A stretch of DNA of 64,000 bases, from positions 1,760,001 through 1,824,000 of the forward strand of contig OY771587.1 of NCBI GenBank assembly GCA_963674825.1. Direction: 5' to 3'. Source of the stretch: Candidatus Cloacimonadales bacterium. GTDB taxonomy: Bacteria > Cloacimonadota > Cloacimonadia > Cloacimonadales > JAIOQZ01. Below are positions 42,179 through 52,319 of the stretch, piece by piece. Both the position numbers and the translations under genes were made by a program. Under the pieces are notes generated by a model. It was given only the letters and a program-made list of their open reading frames with translations, was not told the origin of the DNA and did no database searches. Each line of letters opens with the position of its first letter. Position 1 is the stretch's first letter.

Positions 42179-44478
42179 GACGGCTGCAACTTACCCTCGT
42201 CCTGATCGTCGCGATCGGCTTGCTGATGGCTGCAGAACCCGTCACGACCAACCTTCAGGTCAGCCAGCGCACCGACGGCTCGATGCTCGTGGATATCACC
42301 TACGACCTTGCCGACACGGATTCCGACAGCCTCGAAGTCACGCTCGAAGTATCCTCCGACGGTGGACAGACCTACGACATCACGCCCAGTCCCGCAGCGC
42401 TTTCCGGCGACATCGGCGAAGGCATTACGCCCGGCACCGGCAAAACCATCGTTTGGGATATCGGCGCGGAAGGGATCGTCTTCAACGGCGAGCAGTTCTA
42501 TTTTCATCTGAGTGCGGAGGATGGAACACCACCCGGAATGGTGTTCGTACCTGCCGGAAACTTCATGATGGGTGATACACATGGAATCGGTGGTGACCAC
42601 GAGCTTCCTGTGCATCCAGTCAATTTGGATGCGTATTATATTGGCATGTATGAAGTAACTCAAGCTCAATGGATAGAAATCATGGGAAGCATCCCTCTAT
42701 CTACCTATGGCGTTGATGATTCGTATCCGGTCTATTGCGTTAGTTCCTTCGCAGTGATGAAATATTGTAACCGCCGAAGCATCACCGAGGGATTAGAGCC
42801 TGCTTACAGCGTTGGCGGCTCAACTGATCCATCAGTTTGGGGACCGGTACCGACATCCTATAATGAGACATGGAACGCCGCTATATGTGACAGGGCTGCT
42901 GACGGTTATCGGTTGCCCACTCAGGCAGAATGGGAATACGCCGCAAGAGGAGCAACCAATGATCCCGACAATATTTATTCCGGGAGTGATACGATTGGTG
43001 ATGTAGCATGGTGGTCTGGTAACAGCGCTCCGGGAGGTGTTAAAACTGTGGGGACGAAAGATCCCAATGGAATTGGCATTTACGACATGACAGGAAATGT
43101 TTGGGAATGGTGCTGGGACTGGTGGAGCTCGACGTATTATCAGGAATGCTATAATCAAGGCAGTGTGACGAATCCATGTGAGTCAACAGGAGATGTTCGT
43201 GTTGGTGTCGGTGGTTGTTGGGCTTCGGGAGAATCCACATCAAGGGTCACACACTTTGGAAGTGGGCAGCCCTACGGAGGTCCTCCCGGAATGGGAGATT
43301 ATGGTGGAGCTGGATTTAGGGTGGCCCGTTCCGCTCCTGGCTGGGGAGAGAACAACGCACCCGAACAACCTTCCAATCCTACGCCAGCAGACGATGCCAT
43401 GAGCGTAGAGCTTACGCCTACCCTGCAATGGTCGTGCAGCGATGCAGATGGAGACGCCCTCACCTACAACGTATATTTTGGAACCTCGGAAGACCTCACG
43501 GAAGCGGATATCGTCGCCACAGCCATATCCGATACGTTCTTCACCACCTCGGAGCTGGAAGAAGGCACCACCTACTACTGGAAGGTCGTCGCCAGCGACG
43601 GTACGTGGATCAATGTCAGCCCGGTGTGGAGCTTCACAACGATCGATTATCCCGATATGGTGCTTGTCCCTGCAGGAACCTTCCAGATGGGACGCACTGA
43701 TGTTGCGGAACCAGTGCATACTGTGAATCTTGATTCGTTTTACATCGGAACCAACGAGGTAACCCATCAAGAGGTGATCGATGTGTATAACTGGGCGTAT
43801 CAGCAAGAGTATATAAATTGTTCCAGTACAGCGGTGATAAATGCGATCGGAAGCCAACAGGAACAATTTCTGACCCTTGATAACGAGGACTCCACCATCG
43901 ACTGGAACGGGAGTCAGCTTGTTTTCAGTAGTGGGGCTTATGCGACCGATCCTCAATGTCCTTGCATTGTGATATCCTGGTATGGGGCTGCTGCCTATTG
44001 TAACTATTTGAGCATACAGGAAGGGCTAACGCCTTGTTATGATCTCACCACCTGGAGCTGTAACTGGGACGGTGACGGCTATCGCCTACCGACTGAGGCT
44101 GAATGGGAATATGCTGCACGTGGAGCAACAAATGTCCCTGATTATCTGTATGCTGGCAGTGATAACATAGGAAATACGGCATGGTACTATAGCAACTCCG
44201 ATTTCTATACTCATCAAGTTGGTCTGAAGAACCTTAATGGAATCGGTACACGTGACCAAAGTGGTAATGTATGGGAATGGTGCTGGGATAGGTATGGCGA
44301 CTATTCCTCTGGAGCACAGACAAACCCGACAGGAGCTCAAACTGGCGATTATCGTATTCTTCGAGGTGGCAGCTTCAGTAATGAACCCGAATTCTGTGAA
44401 GTAGCCTATCGCTATTATATCTATCAATCTGGAGCTGATGGTGTCGTAGGTTTCCGCCTTGCAAGGAACGCGGAATAG
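42175..44478 (+). CDS. Secreted protein with two formylglycine-generating-enzyme (FGE-sulfatase/CLec-fold) domains separated by an FN3-like domain
   Basis: Two copies of 'V.VPAG.F.MG...EVT...GYRLPT.AEWEYAARG...GNVWEWCWD...GFR.AR'. Confidence 0.88.
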   Translation: MRRLQLTLVLIVAIGLLMAAEPVTTNLQVSQRTDGSMLVDITYDLADTDSDSLEVTLEVSSDGGQTYDITPSPAALSGDIGEGITPGTGKTIVWDIGAEGIVFNGEQFYFHLSAEDGTPPGMVFVPAGNFMMGDTHGIGGDHELPVHPVNLDAYYIGMYEVTQAQWIEIMGSIPLSTYGVDDSYPVYCVSSFAVMKYCNRRSITEGLEPAYSVGGSTDPSVWGPVPTSYNETWNAAICDRAADGYRLPTQAEWEYAARGATNDPDNIYSGSDTIGDVAWWSGNSAPGGVKTVGTKDPNGIGIYDMTGNVWEWCWDWWSSTYYQECYNQGSVTNPCESTGDVRVGVGGCWASGESTSRVTHFGSGQPYGGPPGMGDYGGAGFRVARSAPGWGENNAPEQPSNPTPADDAMSVELTPTLQWSCSDADGDALTYNVYFGTSEDLTEADIVATAISDTFFTTSELEEGTTYYWKVVASDGTWINVSPVWSFTTIDYPDMVLVPAGTFQMGRTDVAEPVHTVNLDSFYIGTNEVTHQEVIDVYNWAYQQEYINCSSTAVINAIGSQQEQFLTLDNEDSTIDWNGSQLVFSSGAYATDPQCPCIVISWYGAAAYCNYLSIQEGLTPCYDLTTWSCNWDGDGYRLPTEAEWEYAARGATNVPDYLYAGSDNIGNTAWYYSNSDFYTHQVGLKNLNGIGTRDQSGNVWEWCWDRYGDYSSGAQTNPTGAQTGDYRILRGGSFSNEPEFCEVAYRYYIYQSGADGVVGFRLARNAE

Positions 44479-44572
44479 GGATTGTCGGAAGCTGTGAGTT
44501 TTACCGCAGGCAACAACTCGAATCCCTCAAGAGAATTTCAGGATTAGCAAGATTTACAGGATGGGTAGAGAA

Positions 44573-44670
44573 ACCCCCTTTAGTTCCCCCTTGTCAGGGG
44601 GATGAGTGATCGCAGACGTTGCTCTCTGCTCCCTTCCTCTTCGAGCGAAGGGGAAGGGCTGGGGATGGGG
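44573..44670. repeat. Cluster of REP-like palindromes
   Basis: tcccccttgtcaggggga hairpin and cccttcctcttcgagcgaaggggaagggctggggatgggg. Confidence 0.6.
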
Positions 44671-44727
44671 TTTCCCCGTGCGTTTCCTCTGGAAATGCGT
44701 CATAAGATAGTGTAGAATAATACACAT

Positions 44728-44752
44728 GCCCTGCTTCGGCGGGGCTTTTTTT
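44728..44752 (+). terminator. Terminator-like hairpin directly upstream of the Rad52/Sak gene
   Basis: gccctgc-ttcg-gcggggc followed by T7. Confidence 0.7.
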
Positions 44753-44775
44753 GTGACCAAACCAAGGAGGAAATC

Positions 44776-45582
44776 ATGTGTACAATCGAGATTCAAAAAG
44801 GGCTGAGCGCACCATTCCCGAGCACGGACATCGAGTTCCGGGTCTGCCGCGTATCGCAACGAACGAAGAAAGCCAACGTGCTGGCGTATATCACGGCACG
44901 GGGCATCATGCGCAGGCTGGACAAGGTCTTCGGTATCGACGGCTGGCGAGACGAATACGAGGTGCTGGACAGCGGTGTCAAATGCCGTCTGTCGGTGCGC
45001 CTGGACGATGCGTGGATCACAAAGGAAGACGTCGCGCAGTTCACCCAGATCGAAGCGCTCAAGGGAGCGTTCTCGGACTCGCTCAAGCGTGCCGGAGTCA
45101 AGTTCGGCATCGGTCGATATCTGTACGACCTGCCGGATTATTGGATTGATGTACTGCCCGAACGTCCACCCAAGAGCGACCGCAAAGCCCACTACCACAA
45201 CTCCGATAACGTCACCGGCTGGTGGCTGGAACCCGTCCTTCCCGACTGGGCATTGCCGGAAAAGGATCATATCGATGATAAGGTCGATGGCAAGCTGATG
45301 GTAAAGCTGGACGACATGCTCGACCGGCAGCTCTTGACCGAATCCAAGCACGGGCATTTCGTGTCGATGTTGTCGTCATCGCAGACATCGGACGCCCGAA
45401 AGAAGCTCATCCGCACGCAGCTTGAACTGATCGAGCTGTGGGAGACGAACGTCCTCAACCACCCCACCATGCCGCAAGCACAGAAACGCGAGCTCTATCT
45501 GGCTGCCCTCAGCGCGACATCGAAAAACGCGCCGTCGGTACGCAAGCTCTTGCAGGAAAGCGGAGCAGAGGAGGCGGCATGA
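44776..45582 (+). CDS. Rad52/Rad22-family (Sak-like) single-strand annealing protein
   Basis: 'LSAPFPSTDIEFRV', 'LAYITARGIMRRLDKVFG', 'KGAFSDSLKRAGVKFGIGRYLY'. Confidence 0.88.
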   Translation: MCTIEIQKGLSAPFPSTDIEFRVCRVSQRTKKANVLAYITARGIMRRLDKVFGIDGWRDEYEVLDSGVKCRLSVRLDDAWITKEDVAQFTQIEALKGAFSDSLKRAGVKFGIGRYLYDLPDYWIDVLPERPPKSDRKAHYHNSDNVTGWWLEPVLPDWALPEKDHIDDKVDGKLMVKLDDMLDRQLLTESKHGHFVSMLSSSQTSDARKKLIRTQLELIELWETNVLNHPTMPQAQKRELYLAALSATSKNAPSVRKLLQESGAEEAA

Positions 45583-46460
45583 ACCTCACGAATCAACACG
45601 GTTTGCCGGACATGCTGGTGCGCGCCATCGAAAGCAACTGGTACTCCGGCGAAGGCGAGAAGCGTTTTGCCTCCGTGACCCAGCTCTTGAAGCCGACCAA
45701 GCAGCTCATCCTGGAGAAACGCCACGCCCGAGCCCTCAAACAGGACGCCAGCGACATGATCTGGTCGTTGATGGGTTCTGCGATGCACAAAGTGATTGAA
45801 GCTGCTGAGGACGCTAATTCGCTCTCTGAGGAAAGATTGCGCGTTGAGATCGACGATGCAGTCATCACCGGCGGGGTCGATTTCTATGAGGACGGCATGA
45901 TCTCCGATTTCAAGTTTACCGGCGTATGGAACCATGGCCGGGCGTCGCGCATCGCCGAGTGGGAAAAGCAGCTCAACATGTACGCCTACCTCTATCGACA
46001 GCATGGCTTTCCGGTCGAGAAGCTTCAGGTCGTCGCCATCTATCGCGATTGGAATCGCGCCCGGTGCGAGAACGACACCGACTATCCCGAGCAGGTTGAG
46101 ACCATCGATATCCCGCTATGGGACGACGAAAAAACGCGCGCCTTTATCGCATCGCGCATCGAAGATATCCGGCAGGCGATGCAGTTCCCGGATGATTTCA
46201 TTCCACCTTGCACCGCCGCAGAACGATGGCAATCCGAGCCGCAATGCGCGGTCTATAAGACCGGTGGCAAGCGTGCTCTGCGCGTATTCCCGACCATGCA
46301 GGAAGCGAAGGATTTTCTCGCCAGTCACAAAGACGCCGCCAACCTTCATATCGTCACCCGCGAGGACACGCCCAAACGGTGCATGAACTACTGTGCCGTC
46401 AATCAGTTCTGCCACTTCTACCGCGATGTTCTCGCCCTACCCATCCCCAAAACCGCATAG
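45579..46460 (+). CDS. PD-(D/E)XK nuclease (Cas4/RecB-like phage exonuclease)
   Basis: 'GSAMHKVIE', 'ITGGVD', 'ISDFKFT', 'QLNMYAYL', C-terminal 'RCMNYCAVNQFC'. Confidence 0.8.
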   Translation: MNLTNQHGLPDMLVRAIESNWYSGEGEKRFASVTQLLKPTKQLILEKRHARALKQDASDMIWSLMGSAMHKVIEAAEDANSLSEERLRVEIDDAVITGGVDFYEDGMISDFKFTGVWNHGRASRIAEWEKQLNMYAYLYRQHGFPVEKLQVVAIYRDWNRARCENDTDYPEQVETIDIPLWDDEKTRAFIASRIEDIRQAMQFPDDFIPPCTAAERWQSEPQCAVYKTGGKRALRVFPTMQEAKDFLASHKDAANLHIVTREDTPKRCMNYCAVNQFCHFYRDVLALPIPKTA

Positions 46461-46468
46461 GAGGAAAC

Positions 46469-46573
46469 ATGCGAATCCCCAAAGAAGTCATTTCCATCGC
46501 TCTGGAAGCCGTAAAGATGATCATCGATGCTGCTATTGGCAAGAAGGATGAGAAGGCAGTTAAATCTAAGTAG
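46469..46573 (+). CDS. Small hypothetical protein (34 aa)
   Basis: RBS aggagg, then MRIPKEVISIALEAVKMIIDAAIGKKDEKAVKSK, followed by a terminator hairpin. Confidence 0.55.
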   Translation: MRIPKEVISIALEAVKMIIDAAIGKKDEKAVKSK

Positions 46574-46599
46574 AGGCGGAGTTATCTCCGCCTTTTTTT
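46574..46599 (+). terminator. Rho-independent terminator
   Basis: aggcggag-ttat-ctccgcct followed by a T-tract. Confidence 0.75.
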
Positions 46600-46610
46600 A
46601 CGAGGTAAAC

Positions 46611-47339
46611 ATGAACCACCCCACCATCACCATCCCCGATATCCTCCGTAGTATCGACCGTAACGGCAGCGTTTACGATGTCGCATGGCGATATAATCAC
46701 ACCGTGCAGTCGGGAAGCTCGCGCGCAATTATGAACCATCTGGACGAGGAGACCGTCGTCTATGCGTACGCCCACAACCCGGGAAACGGCATCGTAATCT
46801 TCGGCAAGAAGAAAGGCGTGATCGCGTATTCGGTCGTGTTTTCGGGCTATCCGAACGCCAAGGCTGGCACGAACTGTGTCTGGTGTCGATTGCCTACCAT
46901 GACCGCGCTGGAGTTGATACGAGAAAGTGTCTGGGAACAATCGCATGTAACCGAGGGCGTCGAGTACGAGAAGGCGGAACGCTGTTTTCAATGGCCCTTG
47001 CTGGCGAAAGGGACGTTGCGCTATATCTGCTCATCGTATCGCAGCAGCAGGGTCAGCGAGATCAAGCCATCGGATGCAGAGCTGAGTGTCCGGCGGCTTC
47101 GGTCGGGACGCCTGCGGATCGAGATCAACGGCTATTTCTGTCCATGTGCGGAGATCGCCCGAGCGCTGAGCTTCCTGCAGGAGAACGATCCGTCGAAGAT
47201 GATGGTTTCGGATCTACCACAGGTCAGTAGCTGGCGCAGCGTCATTGCCATCGAAGACCTGCCGGAAAAACTCATGCCCGAGATCATCGTGCAGGGCGTT
47301 GCCGAGACCATGAAACAAACACGGGAGAGCCATTACTGA
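46611..47339 (+). CDS. Hypothetical protein
   Basis: RBS gaggt, then MNHPTITIP; no recognisable motif. Confidence 0.55.
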   Translation: MNHPTITIPDILRSIDRNGSVYDVAWRYNHTVQSGSSRAIMNHLDEETVVYAYAHNPGNGIVIFGKKKGVIAYSVVFSGYPNAKAGTNCVWCRLPTMTALELIRESVWEQSHVTEGVEYEKAERCFQWPLLAKGTLRYICSSYRSSRVSEIKPSDAELSVRRLRSGRLRIEINGYFCPCAEIARALSFLQENDPSKMMVSDLPQVSSWRSVIAIEDLPEKLMPEIIVQGVAETMKQTRESHY

Positions 47340-47455
47340 CTCTCCCGCCATTGATCCGTTAGATCTTTGTAGAAAGCATATATCCACTTTCGCTATTTCG
47401 CTTTGCGAAAGGCTTTCGTTCGATGATTTTGTTTCCGATAAATCGGAAGCCAAAA

Positions 47456-50400
47456 TTACTTCAGCATGAGCATTTTCTTCACACCAATGGACTTGCCATT
47501 GACCTTCAGACGATAGAAATAAACACCGGACGAGACTTGTCGTCCTGTTTCATTGACGCCATGCCATTCGACTTTGTGGTTACCTCGCGGATAATCGTCA
47601 TCCACGAGCTTCTTGACCCGCTGGCCCTTAATGTTGTAGATGTCCATCTCAACTTTGCTCTCCTCCGGTACGGAGAAGCAGATCGTCGTGGTCGGGTTGA
47701 ACGGATTGGGGTAATTTATCGATAGCACTGGTACGGCTGGCACTTGTTCTTCAATCTGGGATTTATCTTCAAATCCATTTAAAACCATGAGATCATTACG
47801 ATGTCTTCTCATACGTGCCAGGTAGTCATTTAGTGACTCTGGTTTAAGCTCTGGATGCTTTGTCACAACAGCAGCTCTACTTCCCTCTAATTCAGACAGG
47901 ATATGGATTGTTTCGATCTCCATTTCCGTATAAATGGTATCTTGAGCAGTCTCAGCATCTTCTAATCGCTCAATGACAATATCAGCTGCTGCCTGAAAGT
48001 TTTTAAGCTGTATTTCGCATTTCTTGATGTAGTTTTCAAGGACGTCTTCGAATGCCTTATATTCTTCAGATGTCATAAAGTCAGGAACATCACCGATCAG
48101 TGATGAATATAGAGATTTTAGCTCAGAAAAATCACCGCACAAGAGGATTGTTAGGCTATAGCTTTTATCCACAGCGAATTCCCATAACTTAATCTCTTCT
48201 TCCATGCGATCAGAAGTAATTGCACGGAAGAATGTTAAGGCATTTTGAAGATTTCCATCCAGCTCTTCTTGGCATGCATATTCAAAGCGATTGTTATAGT
48301 TGCCTATGGATGTTATATTGGCATTAGGATCTCTAAAATCTGCGATGAGGTACGGCTGAAGAGATATATCTAGCCCGTTGGATTGGATATCAACAAAAAC
48401 GGGATCAATGGAAGGATCACTCCAGTAGTTATAGTTAGCAAAGATCGTTGTCGCACTGGCATCAGAGACATTAATGCCAAGCTCGAAATCATAGCGATTC
48501 TCATAAAAATCATTGTGTCCTTCGTTTAGGTATATGTTTGATGCTAAAATGCCTGGGGCATCCAAGCCTATATGTGCCCAATGTACATCAAAGATGTTAT
48601 TTGCGGCATATGAACAATCTAAATAGGAGTTGTTGAGCGTGCCAATTCCATATGAATAATCGAATCCGTAATCATCGGTATGAAACACGCTATTCACTAT
48701 TCGAGGCGACGAATCCAATAAACACAAAGCTACTCGATTGTTAGTGAAGTTACACCGCGCAATTGCCGGCTCAAGATTGTTAGTATCTCCACCACTCCTC
48801 GATATTGTGTTCAAACATGAAACACCTTTTAAGAGATTCCCGAATTCACAGTCGCTAATAAAGAATCCCATATATTCAACGTTAATGCCTTCACTATTAC
48901 ACGCAGTACCCGTTCCCCCTGTAAATGTGCAATTGGTAATCTCCGCTTTTCCCGCTGTACCAGTCAGAGAAATCCCTTCTGTACATTGCGAAAACGCGCA
49001 ATGGTTGACATTTATCGTCGCCGCAAGGTTTGAAGCCAGTATTACACCTATATTAATACTCTCGAAGTTTGTATATTCTATATCGAGAATACCGCTATAA
49101 TTACCCTGACTACGGGCACTGATTCCTGTTGCTGAAGAACCGTTAGTGAATTCGGTTGGTGCATCTACTGTACCCGATACATACACGGATGGAGAGCCTT
49201 CTTGTCCTTCTTCGCACATAATACCACAACTACCTTCAGAGAGTTCAAACTGGCAGCTAGTAACATTAACAACCACGGCTGATGTCGGATATACTGCACT
49301 ATTGCTGAAATCGGAGAATTCAGTGCTGCTGATATCAAGCGTCCCGCCGTTTACAAGGATGCACCTGCTATGGTCTTGAAATGAGGAATTATCGATAGTT
49401 ACGGAACCGGAATGCTGGACAATTCCCATCGAGTTTTCAATAAAACTGACATTATCAAGGCTAACGGAGCCATCATTGATTGTAAGTCCCGTTCCAAATC
49501 CTTGAATAGTGAAGTTCCATCCACCGATGTATGCATCAGCATTACATACAACACCTTGATTTTGTGTCGAGCTGCTTGTGAGCGATCCGTCATGAAGCAA
49601 AACGTTCGCACCATCTCCATCGATCTGAATACTTGATCCAGCACGAGCGTAATTCTTTCCGGAAATCTCAAGATATCCGCCCTGCTCGACCGTTATCGTT
49701 ACACCAGCGCCTAGTGTAACAAAACCGAGAAGCCTCAAATGTGCGCCGGAATGAACCGTAACATCGTCGTAAATGTATGCATTCCTGATTTGATTGGAGC
49801 CGGTGATATCCGTAGGTACAAATTGTTCCAGCTTTAGCAACATAGCTTCCCCAGGGCCGATCTCTATCTCGGCAGTAGCAGTGCGGTTCTCCTGGTTATT
49901 GGTTATTGGGTACACAGTCTCATCATACAGGTCAATCAGGTGATAGTTATCCGATGAGAAGTCGCTTGTGAATGTTAAACTAACGACCTGTGGCTCCGCT
50001 TCTACGAATGCTTCATCGGTGTTGTCGTAGCTTATTATTGCTCCGTTAGGGTAAGCATTTGGGTTGCCATCACCATAATGGTATATTGAGTAATCCTTCA
50101 ATGGGAAATTACCCCTCCGATTCACCAGCATGAAGTAGTCACTCGTGTTATCGTTGTAGATGGAGCATTCCACATAACCTTGATAACCTTCTTGGTATTC
50201 GTCAGCAGTACCTACATTATGCCATCCGATTCCGGTAGGATCATATGCTGTCATGGTAACACCGGAAACAGCATCTGTAACAAGATCGGTACACGTTGTT
50301 GGATTAGGCATCAACGTGAAAGTTCTATCTTCGTCCGAATCCTCCTCACTGGCATCACTCCAATTCAAGCTCCGAATGATTGGGCCGATGATTTGCATTT

Positions 50401-52246
50401 CGGCATGCGCTGCCTGAACCGCATAGTATTGATTGGATGGATCATAGCCCGAACTAAGGCTACGGCATCGCATCAGCGCTTCGTGATAATGTTTGTCTCC
50501 AAGTCGTTCTCCGGTTTCTGGATCAATTCTATACTCGTCGTCATGCAGTTCACAGTCATCAAAGGTTGGATAGTCCGAGGCCGCAGATGAAACCATGTCG
50601 TCTCTATTATAGGCTGTTTCGAAAACGTAGTAAAAAATACCATCAACATGATAGCACAAAGGCATGTACGACAGAACCTGCTGCGTCTTCGAAGGCGGAA
50701 GGATGCCATTCCATGCCGGCGGATTGTCATCATCCCAAAGAATACCTCCCCATGACTGAACAGCTGGGTAGAAGTTGATCTGTTCATCATCACAATATTT
50801 TCTGTATTCAGAGTACATTTTCCCCATCATGTTCAACCGTAGCTGGAGGTCTTCGTTAGTATGTGTAATATCCTGATTGAAGTCGGTATCCCAGCATGCT
50901 CCACAGGTGCTGGGATAGTACTGCGATATGATATTGTCCGTCTCACCGAGGTATCTGAATGCTTTCGAGATTAGGTGAAGATCGCTCAGATCATGATTGT
51001 TGTATTTGAATGCATCCCACATGCCGTGGTTGGTGAATGAAGTATGCAGGGTAACTTCTGGGTGATTTTCCCTTGCGATTCGGTTCACTTCCTTGAATGC
51101 CAGATACTGTGAGGGGCTTATCTCACACAATGCTGAATAACGGGAATACCCCTCGTTGAAGGCTGCGGTTAGATCATCGTATATTGTACTATTGGGATAA
51201 CTACCAGGATCCTCTAATTCCAGCATGTGATCGCCCTTGATACCCACATTATCGATCTCGAGCGGCCCGTTGTCGCAGTACCAGACAACGGGGCATAGAT
51301 TAAAGAAGCTATCGCGATGTTCGATATATACTTCCCATCCATCTGTACATTGAGCCTCTATATCGCCGTAGTTTACCTGAAATTCAAATGTGACGTATTG
51401 ATAATCGTCTTCATCCATATTGCCCCAATCCTCGGCGTCGATGTAGACCCAATCCCCATCAACAAAGTAACCGCCCTGATCGTCGCGGTAAATCGTTATT
51501 GGAACTGTTTTATACTCAAAGAAGTAGCCGCTTATCGGTTTGGGACGGCAATACAATACCTTTGCGCCTACCCTACAGATATTTTCACTTAACTCGTATT
51601 CAGTCAGATCAGTCTTCATCCTGTAGCTGAGGACAAAAAACTGATTAGGGTCGTACTGACCATCGTCATCTTCACGTCTGTCGATCTGCGCATACAAATG
51701 TTCGGCAGTGCCCTTGGCTTCATCATACCATGGACTTCTGTAGTAGTCAACGGCATAGCCGGCATCATCAACAGATTCAGTAAGGGAAATAACCTTGAAT
51801 GGAAGGGATCCATTCTCATCTGAGATATATCCTGCTTCCTGACCAAAATTATTGGTTACTTGATACCACTTCAACTCGTCTGGCCCTGAAGCAGGTCTTT
51901 CATCATCAGTCATGAAACCATCAACAATATACTCTGCTTGATACTCGACATAATTGAAGTAAGTTGGAGCAATTACGCGCTCATCGTCAATAACCGGCTC
52001 GATGCCGTGATTCTTGAATATAATGGCATCAGCGGGGGCTACTTCAACAGCACAATTGTAATGTGCGGCTTCCATGTATCCTGCGATATCTTCCGCTACC
52101 TGTGCTTGAGTTTGATTTGTTAAAATCTGGTCACGTAGTTGAATGTAATGCGTTTTCGTTCCGATAATGAATTCATCCGTTCCTACCGCATAAGCCGTTA
52201 CCATGATGCACCCAAGCATCATTAACACCATGATTCTTCGTAACAT
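47456..52246 (-). CDS. Large secreted protein with parallel beta-helix region and FlgD/Por-type C-terminal tail
   Basis: Signal peptide; repeated 'I.NC.F' beta-helix motifs; 'NYPNPFNPTTTI...SGVYFYRL...KKMLMLK'. Confidence 0.8.
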   Translation of the reverse strand: MLRRIMVLMMLGCIMVTAYAVGTDEFIIGTKTHYIQLRDQILTNQTQAQVAEDIAGYMEAAHYNCAVEVAPADAIIFKNHGIEPVIDDERVIAPTYFNYVEYQAEYIVDGFMTDDERPASGPDELKWYQVTNNFGQEAGYISDENGSLPFKVISLTESVDDAGYAVDYYRSPWYDEAKGTAEHLYAQIDRREDDDGQYDPNQFFVLSYRMKTDLTEYELSENICRVGAKVLYCRPKPISGYFFEYKTVPITIYRDDQGGYFVDGDWVYIDAEDWGNMDEDDYQYVTFEFQVNYGDIEAQCTDGWEVYIEHRDSFFNLCPVVWYCDNGPLEIDNVGIKGDHMLELEDPGSYPNSTIYDDLTAAFNEGYSRYSALCEISPSQYLAFKEVNRIARENHPEVTLHTSFTNHGMWDAFKYNNHDLSDLHLISKAFRYLGETDNIISQYYPSTCGACWDTDFNQDITHTNEDLQLRLNMMGKMYSEYRKYCDDEQINFYPAVQSWGGILWDDDNPPAWNGILPPSKTQQVLSYMPLCYHVDGIFYYVFETAYNRDDMVSSAASDYPTFDDCELHDDEYRIDPETGERLGDKHYHEALMRCRSLSSGYDPSNQYYAVQAAHAEMQIIGPIIRSLNWSDASEEDSDEDRTFTLMPNPTTCTDLVTDAVSGVTMTAYDPTGIGWHNVGTADEYQEGYQGYVECSIYNDNTSDYFMLVNRRGNFPLKDYSIYHYGDGNPNAYPNGAIISYDNTDEAFVEAEPQVVSLTFTSDFSSDNYHLIDLYDETVYPITNNQENRTATAEIEIGPGEAMLLKLEQFVPTDITGSNQIRNAYIYDDVTVHSGAHLRLLGFVTLGAGVTITVEQGGYLEISGKNYARAGSSIQIDGDGANVLLHDGSLTSSSTQNQGVVCNADAYIGGWNFTIQGFGTGLTINDGSVSLDNVSFIENSMGIVQHSGSVTIDNSSFQDHSRCILVNGGTLDISSTEFSDFSNSAVYPTSAVVVNVTSCQFELSEGSCGIMCEEGQEGSPSVYVSGTVDAPTEFTNGSSATGISARSQGNYSGILDIEYTNFESINIGVILASNLAATINVNHCAFSQCTEGISLTGTAGKAEITNCTFTGGTGTACNSEGINVEYMGFFISDCEFGNLLKGVSCLNTISRSGGDTNNLEPAIARCNFTNNRVALCLLDSSPRIVNSVFHTDDYGFDYSYGIGTLNNSYLDCSYAANNIFDVHWAHIGLDAPGILASNIYLNEGHNDFYENRYDFELGINVSDASATTIFANYNYWSDPSIDPVFVDIQSNGLDISLQPYLIADFRDPNANITSIGNYNNRFEYACQEELDGNLQNALTFFRAITSDRMEEEIKLWEFAVDKSYSLTILLCGDFSELKSLYSSLIGDVPDFMTSEEYKAFEDVLENYIKKCEIQLKNFQAAADIVIERLEDAETAQDTIYTEMEIETIHILSELEGSRAAVVTKHPELKPESLNDYLARMRRHRNDLMVLNGFEDKSQIEEQVPAVPVLSINYPNPFNPTTTICFSVPEESKVEMDIYNIKGQRVKKLVDDDYPRGNHKVEWHGVNETGRQVSSGVYFYRLKVNGKSIGVKKMLMLK

Positions 52247-52319
52247 AAGAGACCTCCTGCTTCGTGATTTATTACAGACAAAGTCTGCTATTTCAGTTCA
52301 ATGGTGCTTTCCTAGGATG

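Noticed and set aside
42175..44560. Diversity-generating retroelement
   Set aside because: The CLec/FGE domains are present, but there is no reverse transcriptase and no near-identical TR/VR pair. The two domains differ at all base types.
44510..44600. attR copy of the tRNA-Thr 3' end (tcgaatccc; ccccctttagttcc)
   Set aside because: The matches are short, gapped and not contiguous; the second is better explained as part of a REP-like palindrome.
45579..46460. CRISPR-associated cas4
   Set aside because: It lies 11 kb from the cas operon and is coupled to a Sak annealase, and type I-E loci normally lack cas4. Treated as a phage-type nuclease.
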